A DNA stretch of 12,085 nt from Promethearchaeota archaeon. Lineage in GTDB: Archaea > Asgardarchaeota > Heimdallarchaeia > Hodarchaeales > Hodarchaeaceae. A model generated the notes under the pieces. That model ran no database searches. It was not told where the DNA came from and saw nothing but the letters and a program-made list of their open reading frames with translations. The position numbers were made by a program, and so were the translations under genes. This document shows, piece by piece, positions 1 through 8,392 of this stretch (the first letter of the stretch is position 1; every line of letters starts with the position of its first letter). The stretch spans positions 1 to 12,085 of the forward strand of contig JBHLMN010000041.1 in NCBI GenBank assembly GCA_048938105.1, in the 5' to 3' direction.

Positions 1-65
1 ATCTCATCTAAGGCTAAATCTATTAATAATCTTCTAGCCTTATTTATCTTCTCTTTATTTATCAT
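1..65 (-). CDS. 5' end of a hypothetical protein running off the left edge (MINKEKINKARRLLIDLALDE...)
   Basis: ATG at 65-63 overlaps the TGA stop (64-62) of the 62..289 gene in an ATGA translational-coupling arrangement; the frame stays open to the window edge. Not in the ORF track. Confidence 0.65.
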   Translation of the reverse strand, partial: MINKEKINKARRLLIDLALDE

Positions 66-289
66 ATTCTAAATTTACTGGAATAATTATAATATCCTCT
101 TTTTATCTTAAATGGCTTTTCAGGACGGTTGAAATAACAGTCAGGACAATATATCAAAATCATAGGATCATTCCAAAATTCTTGTGCCTGTTTTTCTGTA
201 AGAGAAGGATTAATTTGCCAAAATTCTTCAAAGGTAAGGGATTTCTTACAATCATCACATTTTTTTTCTCTTATCGTGTGCTGTATCAT
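62..289 (-). CDS. small zinc-finger-like hypothetical protein (CxxC...CxxC)
   Basis: 75 aa with CDDC and CPDC pairs; GGTGA Shine-Dalgarno-like motif at 303-299 upstream of the ATG; ATGA-coupled to the next gene. Confidence 0.75.
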   Translation of the reverse strand: MIQHTIREKKCDDCKKSLTFEEFWQINPSLTEKQAQEFWNDPMILIYCPDCYFNRPEKPFKIKRGYYNYSSKFRI

Positions 290-479
290 TTATGAATATC
301 ACCATTTAGGTATTTAAAATATCTAGACTGAGCAGTTTTTTAAGAATAGTAGAATCTCCATTTTAACCGATTAATCTGACATATAGCCAATATTCAGATT
401 CACTATTTTTTCTTTATATATATTTATTAGTACACTAACCCAATGATACTTCAAGAATCAACGAGATGAAGGGATTAGA

Positions 480-686
480 ATGGATTATTCAGAAACCTTT
501 TTAGAAATGCTTCAGTTTCTTCAACTTACCTATCAAAAGTTCCCAAAGTTTATGATAGAAATCATGGCGGAAAATTATAGCATTCCTCGTAAAGAAATTA
601 AACCACTTATACATAAATTTAGAAAAGAGGGAATTTTACTTATATTGAAAAATGAGGGCTACACGTTTACCTTAAATGGAGTTTAA
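480..686 (+). CDS. small hypothetical protein, possibly winged-helix-like
   Basis: 68 aa with an amphipathic helix pattern ending in 'LIHKFRKEGILLILKNEGYTFTL' (helix + GxL + beta-hairpin, as in wHTH). Divergent from 62..289 with a TATA-like TTTATATATA at ~413-422. Confidence 0.65.
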   Translation: MDYSETFLEMLQFLQLTYQKFPKFMIEIMAENYSIPRKEIKPLIHKFRKEGILLILKNEGYTFTLNGV

Positions 687-996
687 AATTTTTCATATTT
701 ACCGTCTTTAATCTTTTTTTTATCTCCAGCTTTCTCTTTGGGAATAATAACGTTTAAACTTCGGGTAAAAGTGGTTTGAGCTGTCTTTCTTTTTAGGTTC
801 CTTTTATCTTTGAAATTATCTACGAACCCTTTTGATTCATTTGATTCTTTATCCTTTCCTTGTGGTGCAAAAAATTGCTGGGCATTAATAAATTGAAATC
901 CGCATCGTTCAGCAAACGTTTGATCGGTTTTCATATCTCCGACCATAATACATTGAGAAGGATCAAGGTGATACTTTTCAATAAATTGAACTCCCA
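683..996 (-). pseudogene. 3' fragment of a polynucleotide kinase/phosphatase (HAD C-terminal part) plus a Lys-rich tail
   Basis: GVQFIEKYHLDPSQCIMVGDMKTDQTFAERCGFQFINAQQFFAPQGK is near-identical to the C-terminus of 5768..6751. It lacks the kinase domain and the DxDGT nucleophile motif. The ORF track calls 683..1009, but homology stops at 996. Confidence 0.8.
854..996. repeat. 143-bp direct repeat, copy 1 (PNKP 3' end)
   Basis: Manual ungapped alignment with 5798..5940 gives 13 mismatches in 143 nt (~91% identity). Confidence 0.95.
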
Positions 997-1310
997 AGTA
1001 TTCAACCATACCAACGATACTGATTACTATTTTTTTGCTGTGCGAGATGTTCAGGATAATCCAGTCCTAATGATGTTGAAAATTTATCATCCCCTCATGA
1101 ATTTTGAATTGGTTTCGCATTCTGAAGCCCAGAGAAGTGAATTATTTGATTTTGAACATCTCGCTTTTCTTAAAAGGAAAGATCCTCCCCTCTGTGAAGC
1201 TTAAGACCACGACTCCCACTTATATCATAGAACCTTTTCAGGTAGGAGTCGCTTTTTAAAAGTATACTAAAACCTTCTCTCATCCTTAGATAGTCCAGTC
1301 CAGTAAAATG

Positions 1311-1328
1311 ATAAGAAAAAGAAAAAAT
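1311..1328 (-). terminator. oligo-T archaeal-type terminator after the caspase-domain gene
   Basis: The minus strand reads TTTTTTCTTTTTCTT just after the stop at 1334. Confidence 0.4.
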
Positions 1329-1333
1329 TATAA

Positions 1334-4300
1334 TTAAGTATTTTTTATTCTAATTTTTTTAATTAGCATTATTGAGATAATTCCTAATAAACCTAAAATG
1401 TAAAGAATATTATATCCCAGAATACTTTCCTCTTTAAGTCTAGGATAATCATTAGGATCTAATGGATCTGTTCCTCTCTCTACTTCATCTCCATCATTCC
1501 ATCCATCACCATCTGTGTCTTGTAAATGAGGATTTGTATTATGTAAAAATTCTTGATAGTTAGTTAACCCATCATTATCAGGATCAAGAGAAGAGTCGTC
1601 ATGAAATAGGTCTAATCCATATTGATATTCATAGCCATCATACATCCCATCACCATCAGTATCTGGATTGTTTGCATAAGTTCCTAGTAAATATTCTTGA
1701 ATATTTAATAGGCCATCATTGTCAAGGTCAAGCAAGGAATCATCATATAATGGATTTAGACCATTATTTACTTCGTATCCATCCAACATTCCATCAAAAT
1801 CAGTGTCATTCAATCTTGGATCTGTAATACCATAAAATTCTTCATAATCAGTCAACCCATCAAAATCGGTATCTATTTCCCTTGGGTTAATTCCTTCTCT
1901 TATTTCTAGAATATCTGGTAATCCATCACCATCGTAATCACCATAGATTTCTTGAAAGATGATAATATCATAACCTTCGATCTCTGCGAAAATCTCATAA
2001 CCAGTTATGGTCTTGTTTTCCTCTAGTTGGATTGAGCCTGAATAAAATTCGAATCCCGAATAGGTAAGAGTAGATAAAGTCAGATCTTCTACTTTCATTA
2101 CTATGTTATCGGTGACAGAACAAATACTTATAGTTAAAGAATTTAGCAAACCATGCCCATACAAATAAAATGAATAATTAAGATAATTACCAGATACATC
2201 TAATGATAGAGATCCAAAAGTAGGATATAATACGGATTCACCTGAAATCTGATCAGATTCTTGTGGATGAGAATCACCTCCAGAATATTGATAAGTATTG
2301 GTGTAGACAAAAGGATATTGCTCCTCCAATGATATAACGCCATCACCATTTGAATCAACAGCACTGCCAAATGAATTAAGGAAGAAGTAAGTAAAAATTC
2401 CATGAGCGAATGTTGGTGTCTCATAACATAATTCATCATCCATGCAGGAAGTCATAATATATCTTCCTGTAGCCTGACATTCTGCAATCATACCTCCACT
2501 GTAACAACAATCAATAATGATATATTTCTCTGAACATGGTAAGTTATCAAGCCTGTATTCTAGAACATAATCAAAATAACAATGAGACGGATTAAAGGGA
2601 TTAATAGAATCATAAGGACACAAATATTCTCCCCAGTCGATATGATCTCCTCCATGTCCGGAAAAGAAGAAGAAAAATACATCTTCTGGATTTATTCGCC
2701 AATATATATATGAAAAAGCATTATTTATATTACTATTTGTAGCATTAGAATCTACCAAAAAAATAATATTTTCTGAATTATAATTGCATTCAGATGTTAG
2801 AAAGTTATAGATCGATTCTGCGTCATCTCTACTGTAATCCAAATCGTAATCAGTGCCAGGATAATCTTCTACTCCAATTACAATAGCATATGCGTTTCTG
2901 GGGACAAGGACGTTATAATCCTTAACAACAATAACTTCATCATAAGCAGTATTACCCAAGGAATCGTTTACATAGAATCTAATCAGAACTGATCCATTTT
3001 CACAAAAATCCCATGCTACTTGATCTATTCTGCCAAAAGTATCGGAAACAGTATAATTATCCCCGGAATTTAAGGAATACCATATACTATCTACACTCTC
3101 CTCGTCTACGGTAATGTCATAAAATAGGTTTAATGTATAATTTCCATAGATTTGATACTGAATCGGTAAATTTATACTAATAGTTGGACTAACGGTATCT
3201 TTATTAACAGATACACTTTTTTCTAATTTTATGACTGATAAATAATCAGCATAAAATGTTATTTTAACAACGCCATCATTTAGCAAATCCCATGCCGTCT
3301 CATTAATCTTGCCTATTGGATTCGTAATAGAGTAATTTCGACCATCATTTAGAGAGTATTTCATCTCATATAATCCCCAATCTAGGAGTGAGATGTTATA
3401 GTAAGGCGCAATTGAGCCAAAATATTGGTCTGCAAAAGGTTCATTGATATCAATAGCAAGGTACTTCATGACATAGACTACATTATGAGCAGTGTTCCCT
3501 ACTGAGTTATTTGCATAAAATGTAATTTTAATACTACTACTCTCATATAAATCCCATCCCAATTGATCGATCTTACCCGTATTGCCTATGAAAAAAAAGG
3601 GACCTGATTCATTTAAGAAATACCAAGATGTATCTAAATCAACATCATAGATAGAGATGTTAAAATCTGGTGAATTAGCTCCAAAAATCTGATTATTTAA
3701 CGGATCATAAATAGTAATCAAAGGCAAATTAATATCTTTCTGAACTATGACTTCACTCATACCGATATTGCTAGATGAGTCATTAACATAGAACTTAATT
3801 GAAACCGTCCCATTACTGCATGATTCCCAAGCAGATTGATTTATAACTCCTTGAGTGGTAGTAAATGAATAATTCATTCCATCATTTAATGAATAATAAC
3901 ATTGATTTAATATCCCTATATATATTTTCATAGCAATATTGTATTCTGGCGCATTTATCCCATAAAACTTATTCTGAGAAGGAGTATTAATAGAAATACG
4001 AGGGGGAGGATTATATTTTAAGAGAAATATTTCATCTTTCCATTCAGGAGCTTCCAGTTGACCAGTAAGATATATACTTCCCTCTGAATCGAACGCAACT
4101 CCACTAGCCCAATCATCTCCAGAGCCACCCCAAGTAATATTCCATAAATAATTCCCCGAACTATTAAACTTTACCACTACTGCATCATTATACGCATCTC
4201 CTGCAACATAAATATTGCCAAATGAATCTCTTGCTAAATATTCTCCCCCAGTAGAGCCGTCCAACCATGTTTTAACCCATAACTGATCCCCATTGCTATT

Positions 4301-5200
4301 ATACTTAGCTAAGAATATCCTAGAGGTATAATATCTGTAAGCAGTACCAGTGACATAAATATCACCATTATTGTCAATGATGGTAGATGTTGCCCATGTA
4401 GAGTCTTCTACTCTCAAATCCCATGTACGACTCCATTCCGTACCACCAGTAGAATTGAATTTTACTATAACCATTTCTAGATTAGATAAATAGTTAGACC
4501 CAACAACATAAATATTGTCAAGAGTATCAAGTGCAACATCAAAACCTCGATTTAGCTGATTGTTGCCCCAGGTTTGATTCCATAGTTGGGTACCTGACTT
4601 ATCAAATTTAACCACACATATATCAAAATCACCTGCTCCAAAACTACGAGTCTCCCCCGTAATGACTAAATTCTCTGAAGAATCTAATGCTATAGAACTA
4701 CCAGATTCAATATTACTACCTCCCCATGTTATATTCCATATCAGCGAACCCAAATGGTCGAACTTAAGAAGACAAATATCACTGCTACCTACTGAGTAAC
4801 TATTGGTACTCCCTACAACATATACATTACCTTCTGAATCAGTAATAACATCATGAGCTAAATCCCGTTCAGGCCCTCCCCAACTAATATTCCACTGCTT
4901 CACTCCATACTTATTAAACTTAAATAAAAACATATCATAATTATCTACATTTGTATAGAAACCTGCATAATATATATTATCATTCTTATCTACTGATATG
5001 CCCACTGAACAATCATTCATTTCAGTTTCCCAAGTAAAATTCCACTCAGGTTCTACTGGATCATGAAAAGCTGATGTAGATGGTTCTTTATAGTCCTGAT
5101 CTAATAAATTGAATTTTCTTGGCGGGATATAAATGTTAAAGAGCAACAAAATAAAAAGAAGAAATAATATCTTTCTAATTTTCATAAATTTAAACATCAA
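1334..5200 (-). CDS. secreted, C-terminally anchored multidomain protein: SBBP-type beta-propeller repeats + ~4 Ig-like repeats + caspase-family peptidase C14 domain + DxDxDG Ca-binding repeats + Loki-CTERM-like anchor
   Basis: N-terminal basic+hydrophobic signal peptide (the real start may be ATG 5197 or 5185). Repeats of 'D..GNIYV.G...D....K(F/Y)NS.G...W..TWGG' at ~4010-5050. ~90-aa repeats 'P.I.I..P...(W)YSLN.G...I.Q.AW...NG...I.FY.N.S.GN' at ~2920-4010. C14 motifs YAIVIG, FFFFSGHG (His ~2655) and IIIDCCYSG (Cys ~2505). Tandem DTDGDG/DxDxDGL.D..E repeats at ~1445-1940. C-terminus ILGYNILYILGLLGIISIMLIKKIRIK. Confidence 0.9.
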   Translation of the reverse strand: MMFKFMKIRKILFLLFILLLFNIYIPPRKFNLLDQDYKEPSTSAFHDPVEPEWNFTWETEMNDCSVGISVDKNDNIYYAGFYTNVDNYDMFLFKFNKYGVKQWNISWGGPERDLAHDVITDSEGNVYVVGSTNSYSVGSSDICLLKFDHLGSLIWNITWGGSNIESGSSIALDSSENLVITGETRSFGAGDFDICVVKFDKSGTQLWNQTWGNNQLNRGFDVALDTLDNIYVVGSNYLSNLEMVIVKFNSTGGTEWSRTWDLRVEDSTWATSTIIDNNGDIYVTGTAYRYYTSRIFLAKYNSNGDQLWVKTWLDGSTGGEYLARDSFGNIYVAGDAYNDAVVVKFNSSGNYLWNITWGGSGDDWASGVAFDSEGSIYLTGQLEAPEWKDEIFLLKYNPPPRISINTPSQNKFYGINAPEYNIAMKIYIGILNQCYYSLNDGMNYSFTTTQGVINQSAWESCSNGTVSIKFYVNDSSSNIGMSEVIVQKDINLPLITIYDPLNNQIFGANSPDFNISIYDVDLDTSWYFLNESGPFFFIGNTGKIDQLGWDLYESSSIKITFYANNSVGNTAHNVVYVMKYLAIDINEPFADQYFGSIAPYYNISLLDWGLYEMKYSLNDGRNYSITNPIGKINETAWDLLNDGVVKITFYADYLSVIKLEKSVSVNKDTVSPTISINLPIQYQIYGNYTLNLFYDITVDEESVDSIWYSLNSGDNYTVSDTFGRIDQVAWDFCENGSVLIRFYVNDSLGNTAYDEVIVVKDYNVLVPRNAYAIVIGVEDYPGTDYDLDYSRDDAESIYNFLTSECNYNSENIIFLVDSNATNSNINNAFSYIYWRINPEDVFFFFFSGHGGDHIDWGEYLCPYDSINPFNPSHCYFDYVLEYRLDNLPCSEKYIIIDCCYSGGMIAECQATGRYIMTSCMDDELCYETPTFAHGIFTYFFLNSFGSAVDSNGDGVISLEEQYPFVYTNTYQYSGGDSHPQESDQISGESVLYPTFGSLSLDVSGNYLNYSFYLYGHGLLNSLTISICSVTDNIVMKVEDLTLSTLTYSGFEFYSGSIQLEENKTITGYEIFAEIEGYDIIIFQEIYGDYDGDGLPDILEIREGINPREIDTDFDGLTDYEEFYGITDPRLNDTDFDGMLDGYEVNNGLNPLYDDSLLDLDNDGLLNIQEYLLGTYANNPDTDGDGMYDGYEYQYGLDLFHDDSSLDPDNDGLTNYQEFLHNTNPHLQDTDGDGWNDGDEVERGTDPLDPNDYPRLKEESILGYNILYILGLLGIISIMLIKKIRIKNT

Positions 5201-5315
5201 TTTAAGGTAAATTTTGTCTTATGTTATAAATTATTATTATTATATATTTAAATCTAATAGACCAAAAACTATATTCATTAAGCATATAGCCATGCAAATA
5301 AATAAATATTCTCAA

Positions 5316-5633
5316 TCAACTTTTATATTTCTCTAACTTATCTTTTGGAACTTCTACTATCTCTCCTGTATCGGTTTCAAGATATTCTTTAGTCCTATCA
5401 TCATCGCTGTAAAAGGTAAAGTGTGCCTTAATTGCCACATCCATATCATCGGTATAAAATTCGGCATAATCGTCCCCGATCCCACTATCGGGATTCAATT
5501 TAACTCCCATTACTTTCCATTCTTTAAACATCTCCGCTAACCCTTCAAACGTCTTAATAAAATCGTCAATAGAACCAGCGTTTGAAGTAATCCACTTGTT
5601 CCGCCAAGAGGAAACATATCTAATTTTTCCCAT
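5316..5633 (-). CDS. hypothetical acidic protein (WRNKW...SIDD...DDYA motif)
   Basis: 105-aa ORF with protein-like composition; GAGGT SD at 5645-5641, 7 nt before the ATG. Confidence 0.8.
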   Translation of the reverse strand: MGKIRYVSSWRNKWITSNAGSIDDFIKTFEGLAEMFKEWKVMGVKLNPDSGIGDDYAEFYTDDMDVAIKAHFTFYSDDDRTKEYLETDTGEIVEVPKDKLEKYKS

Positions 5634-5683
5634 AGATTTTACCTCATAGTTATTGTTTTAAAAATAAATAGTAATCGTTCCTT

Positions 5684-5733
5684 AAAAAGAAAAAGAAAAT
5701 GTGCTCTTCTTCTTTTTTTTTCTCTTTTTCTTT
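5684..5733. terminator. A-tract/T-tract imperfect inverted repeat; probable terminator downstream of PNKP
   Basis: AAAAAGAAAAAGAAAA-TGTGCTCTTC-TTCTTTTTTTTTCTCTTTTTCTTT gives oligo-T runs on both strands. Confidence 0.4.
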
Positions 5734-5767
5734 AAATAAATTAAGTGAGATAGACTTATGATTCTAA

Positions 5768-6751
5768 TTATACATCGAAATTTGAATGATTTAAAATCTT
5801 TCCTTTTGGAGTAAAAAATTTATGGGCATTAACAAATTGAAACCCGCACCGTTCAGCAAAGGTTTGATCGGTTTTCATATCTCCGACCATAATACATTGC
5901 GACGGATCAAGGTTATATTTTTCAATAAATTGAACTCCCATACCCGGTATTGGCTTTCTGCAATAACATACTTGAGGATATGCCTGATGAGGACAAAATA
6001 AATAATCAAGATTTATTCCAAGCATTTCATGAGTATTTTCAAAACATTGTTCTGCCTGTTCGAGGGTAAAGACTCCTCTGACAATAAAGGATTGATTGGA
6101 CACTCCCAATAAAAGATAACCTTTCTCTTGGTAATTTTTTAAGACTTTTGTTCTATTAGGGAGAATTTCAATATCTTCGGGAGTAACAGGATACTTTTCA
6201 CCAGATTTGGTCTTTCGAATGGTTCCATCGTAATCTAAAAGAATGGCTTTATTCGTATAAATCTCTTTATCCATTTTTCGCGTGAATGGTACTTTTTCGA
6301 CTTCCTGAAATCCCTCTTGGAGTGTTGGTTTCTCAAACGCTTTTCGGTACCGATAAATCGCCGCAGGAGAATAGATACCGATATCTTTGGATACTTTTAT
6401 TTCTTCAGGCGGTAATAATTTTCCATATGTATCAATCATTCTCTTGGAAGCATTATAGAGCGCATCTCCCACCTCTATATCAATCCATTTACATTCAATC
6501 TTAAAATTATTATTATGAGCCCATTTAACAACAGAACTTCGTGATTTTATTGTAGGATAGGTATTATCCATAATAAATTTGTTAACCTTCTCACTTTTAT
6601 ACAACCGATCTAAATGGTTTACTAGTCCGTCTAAAGATCCCCCCATTTCATCTCGATTTAATCGATGATACCCTTGCTTTTCATATTCTTTTGCAATTAC
6701 TGTTTTTCCAGACGCAGGATATCCCATAATTACCAAAATTCTATTTTCCAT
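5768..6751 (-). CDS. pnkp: polynucleotide 5'-kinase / 3'-phosphatase (N-terminal P-loop kinase + C-terminal HAD-IIIA phosphatase)
   Basis: Walker A GYPASGKT and the PNKP-type kinase motifs LNRD, MDNTYP and YRKAFEKPTLQEGF. HAD motif I LLDYDGT, motif II SNQ, motif III RKP, motif IV MVGD...D. Confidence 0.9.
   Translation of the reverse strand: MENRILVIMGYPASGKTVIAKEYEKQGYHRLNRDEMGGSLDGLVNHLDRLYKSEKVNKFIMDNTYPTIKSRSSVVKWAHNNNFKIECKWIDIEVGDALYNASKRMIDTYGKLLPPEEIKVSKDIGIYSPAAIYRYRKAFEKPTLQEGFQEVEKVPFTRKMDKEIYTNKAILLDYDGTIRKTKSGEKYPVTPEDIEILPNRTKVLKNYQEKGYLLLGVSNQSFIVRGVFTLEQAEQCFENTHEMLGINLDYLFCPHQAYPQVCYCRKPIPGMGVQFIEKYNLDPSQCIMVGDMKTDQTFAERCGFQFVNAHKFFTPKGKILNHSNFDV
5798..5940. repeat. 143-bp direct repeat, copy 2 (within the PNKP 3' end)
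   Basis: Aligns ungapped with 854..996 at an offset of 4944 nt, ~91% identity. Confidence 0.95.
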
Positions 6752-6850
6752 GGATCATCAGCCAATTTTAGTTTTGATAGATATGAATGATAAACAGATA
6801 TTATAATTAAAAACTTAAGAGGCAAAATAATTATTAGACATTCCAAGTGG

Positions 6851-8392
6851 TTAACTTTCTCTACTATCCTTTGAGCTATATAAATTCCATCCTCTCTTTA
6901 AAGTTCCTGTAGTTCCAACCATCTCACTTTTAACCAAGTCATCATAGATCTCCCACATTTGATCCTTGTCATTGGTAATACGCATTTGACGGTTTAGTGG
7001 ATCTTTTCGCTTTCTGCTATAATCTAGATGATAAATAACATATTCTGGATATTCATTGCTAAGACTACTCTTATTGGTTTTCCAAGCCATAAATTTGCGA
7101 ACCATATCATCGCCTCTCTCATAGACCACCCGAGCTAATAACGTCGATTTTTCTAATTCTATTTCAGGAACAGCCGAGATTTCTGGTACTTCGACCATTT
7201 CAGTTAATTGACTTATTCTCACATCGCTAATATTATCAACACTTTTATCCTCTCGGATGGGATTCCCTTCAACAAATCGAGGGGAGATTAAGGCAACAAA
7301 CGGTTCAAGTTTCACTAAGACCCACTTCTTCTCCTGATCATCATAGTGCAATACATTCTGATAGATCGGTTCCATATTTCTATCTGTTAAAATGTCGAGA
7401 TAATCAATTTGAGCTACAACTTCTGGCTTGACCATCTGATAGACACGTCCATCACTACGAGTAGGGGCTAAAAAACCTTCTGATTTTACAACTGTGAATT
7501 TTCTCCATAACTCCCTGCGTTGATCGTCAGTTAGACCTCCGCCTACACGAGTAAGGATATGATACATACCATTTGGCTTGCGTAGTGCGACTAATGTCGA
7601 GGCTACTTGATCTTTAGATAAGCGTGTTCCAGGTCTTCCGGCTGAAATTCCAATAATAGCGACGTCAATAGTATGTACAGGTTTAATTTTATAGCCCGCT
7701 CCTTCAGTACGCACCACGATCCCTTCATGTCCGTTTTTAACTACATGCTCCTCATAATATTCCTGCAGTTCTTTAGTCTCTTTGATTAACTTCGATACAA
7801 CCAAACTTGCTCTTCCTGATTCAGAAAAAAGAGATTTTAACTTATCAAATCGTTCCTTAAAGGGTTTTTCTAACCAACTCTGACCATTCAGCTCGATAAG
7901 GTCAAAAATTTTAAATCCAATACGGTCCAAATCTTCTTTACTTTGAGGGTTTCGACAGTAATGAATTAAATCATAGACTCGCAAACGTGCATTAAAATCA
8001 AGAGGATCAGTAGTAGTGCCGCACAATTCTCCTCCTATAATTACGGATTTAATCTTTTTCTTTTTCATAATAGCATTCAGATCTTCATTTACAGGAAGTC
8101 CTGTATAAATCCGATGTGTAGGCGAATTACTGAAAAAAGAATCATCATCTGCTTCATTATAATAAAAAATATTATATTCTCCATCCACTTTTACACTAGC
8201 ATACAATTCTTCTCCTGTAATCTTGGGAATTTTTTCAACTCGCCAAGGAATTAACCGTTGACATACAGTTTTCTTATAATTATCAACTTTCTGAATCAAT
8301 TCCATATAAGGTAGTGTGTTTGGTTTTCCTCGTATATAGGAACCAAAGGAATTTTCAATCAGGTCTTCGGATAAATTAATCTTCTTCTTCAC
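6851..8392 (-). CDS. ATP-dependent DNA ligase (NTase + OB domains) with an extra C-terminal WGR-like domain
   Basis: Motif I KVDG (Lys68), III GGEL, IIIa FKIFDLI, IV EGIVVR, V YKIKP. OB domain: TIDVAIIG...TRVGGGL...PEVVAQIDY...SPRF...IREDK (motif VI). GTG start overlaps the upstream gene by 17 nt. Confidence 0.9.
   Translation of the reverse strand: MKKKINLSEDLIENSFGSYIRGKPNTLPYMELIQKVDNYKKTVCQRLIPWRVEKIPKITGEELYASVKVDGEYNIFYYNEADDDSFFSNSPTHRIYTGLPVNEDLNAIMKKKKIKSVIIGGELCGTTTDPLDFNARLRVYDLIHYCRNPQSKEDLDRIGFKIFDLIELNGQSWLEKPFKERFDKLKSLFSESGRASLVVSKLIKETKELQEYYEEHVVKNGHEGIVVRTEGAGYKIKPVHTIDVAIIGISAGRPGTRLSKDQVASTLVALRKPNGMYHILTRVGGGLTDDQRRELWRKFTVVKSEGFLAPTRSDGRVYQMVKPEVVAQIDYLDILTDRNMEPIYQNVLHYDDQEKKWVLVKLEPFVALISPRFVEGNPIREDKSVDNISDVRISQLTEMVEVPEISAVPEIELEKSTLLARVVYERGDDMVRKFMAWKTNKSSLSNEYPEYVIYHLDYSRKRKDPLNRQMRITNDKDQMWEIYDDLVKSEMVGTTGTLKRGWNLYSSKDSRES

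Noticed and set aside
860-1204. 114-aa plus-strand ORF as a complete gene
   Set aside because: Its first ~45 codons are just the antisense of the PNKP repeat; only 997..1204 could be a real remnant (see findings).
1445-1940. Recurrent CCATC motifs as a CRISPR or DNA tandem repeat
   Set aside because: They encode the DxDxDG protein repeats; there is no fixed-length repeat-spacer structure.
2200-2439. 79-aa ORF
   Set aside because: Alternative frame nested inside the caspase-domain gene; no recognisable motifs.
6286-6504. 72-aa plus-strand ORF
   Set aside because: Antisense to the well-supported PNKP gene.
5768-8392. RNA-repair interpretation (T4 Pnk/Rnl1 or Pnkp-Hen1 type)
   Set aside because: The ligase has an OB domain with motif VI typical of DNA ligases, there is no Hen1 methyltransferase, and the PNKP motifs resemble the DNA-specific eukaryotic enzyme. 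Disfavoured but not experimentally excluded.
6851-8392. Calling the ligase LigD or the replicative archaeal ligase
   Set aside because: It has no primase-polymerase or phosphoesterase domain and no large N-terminal DNA-binding domain.
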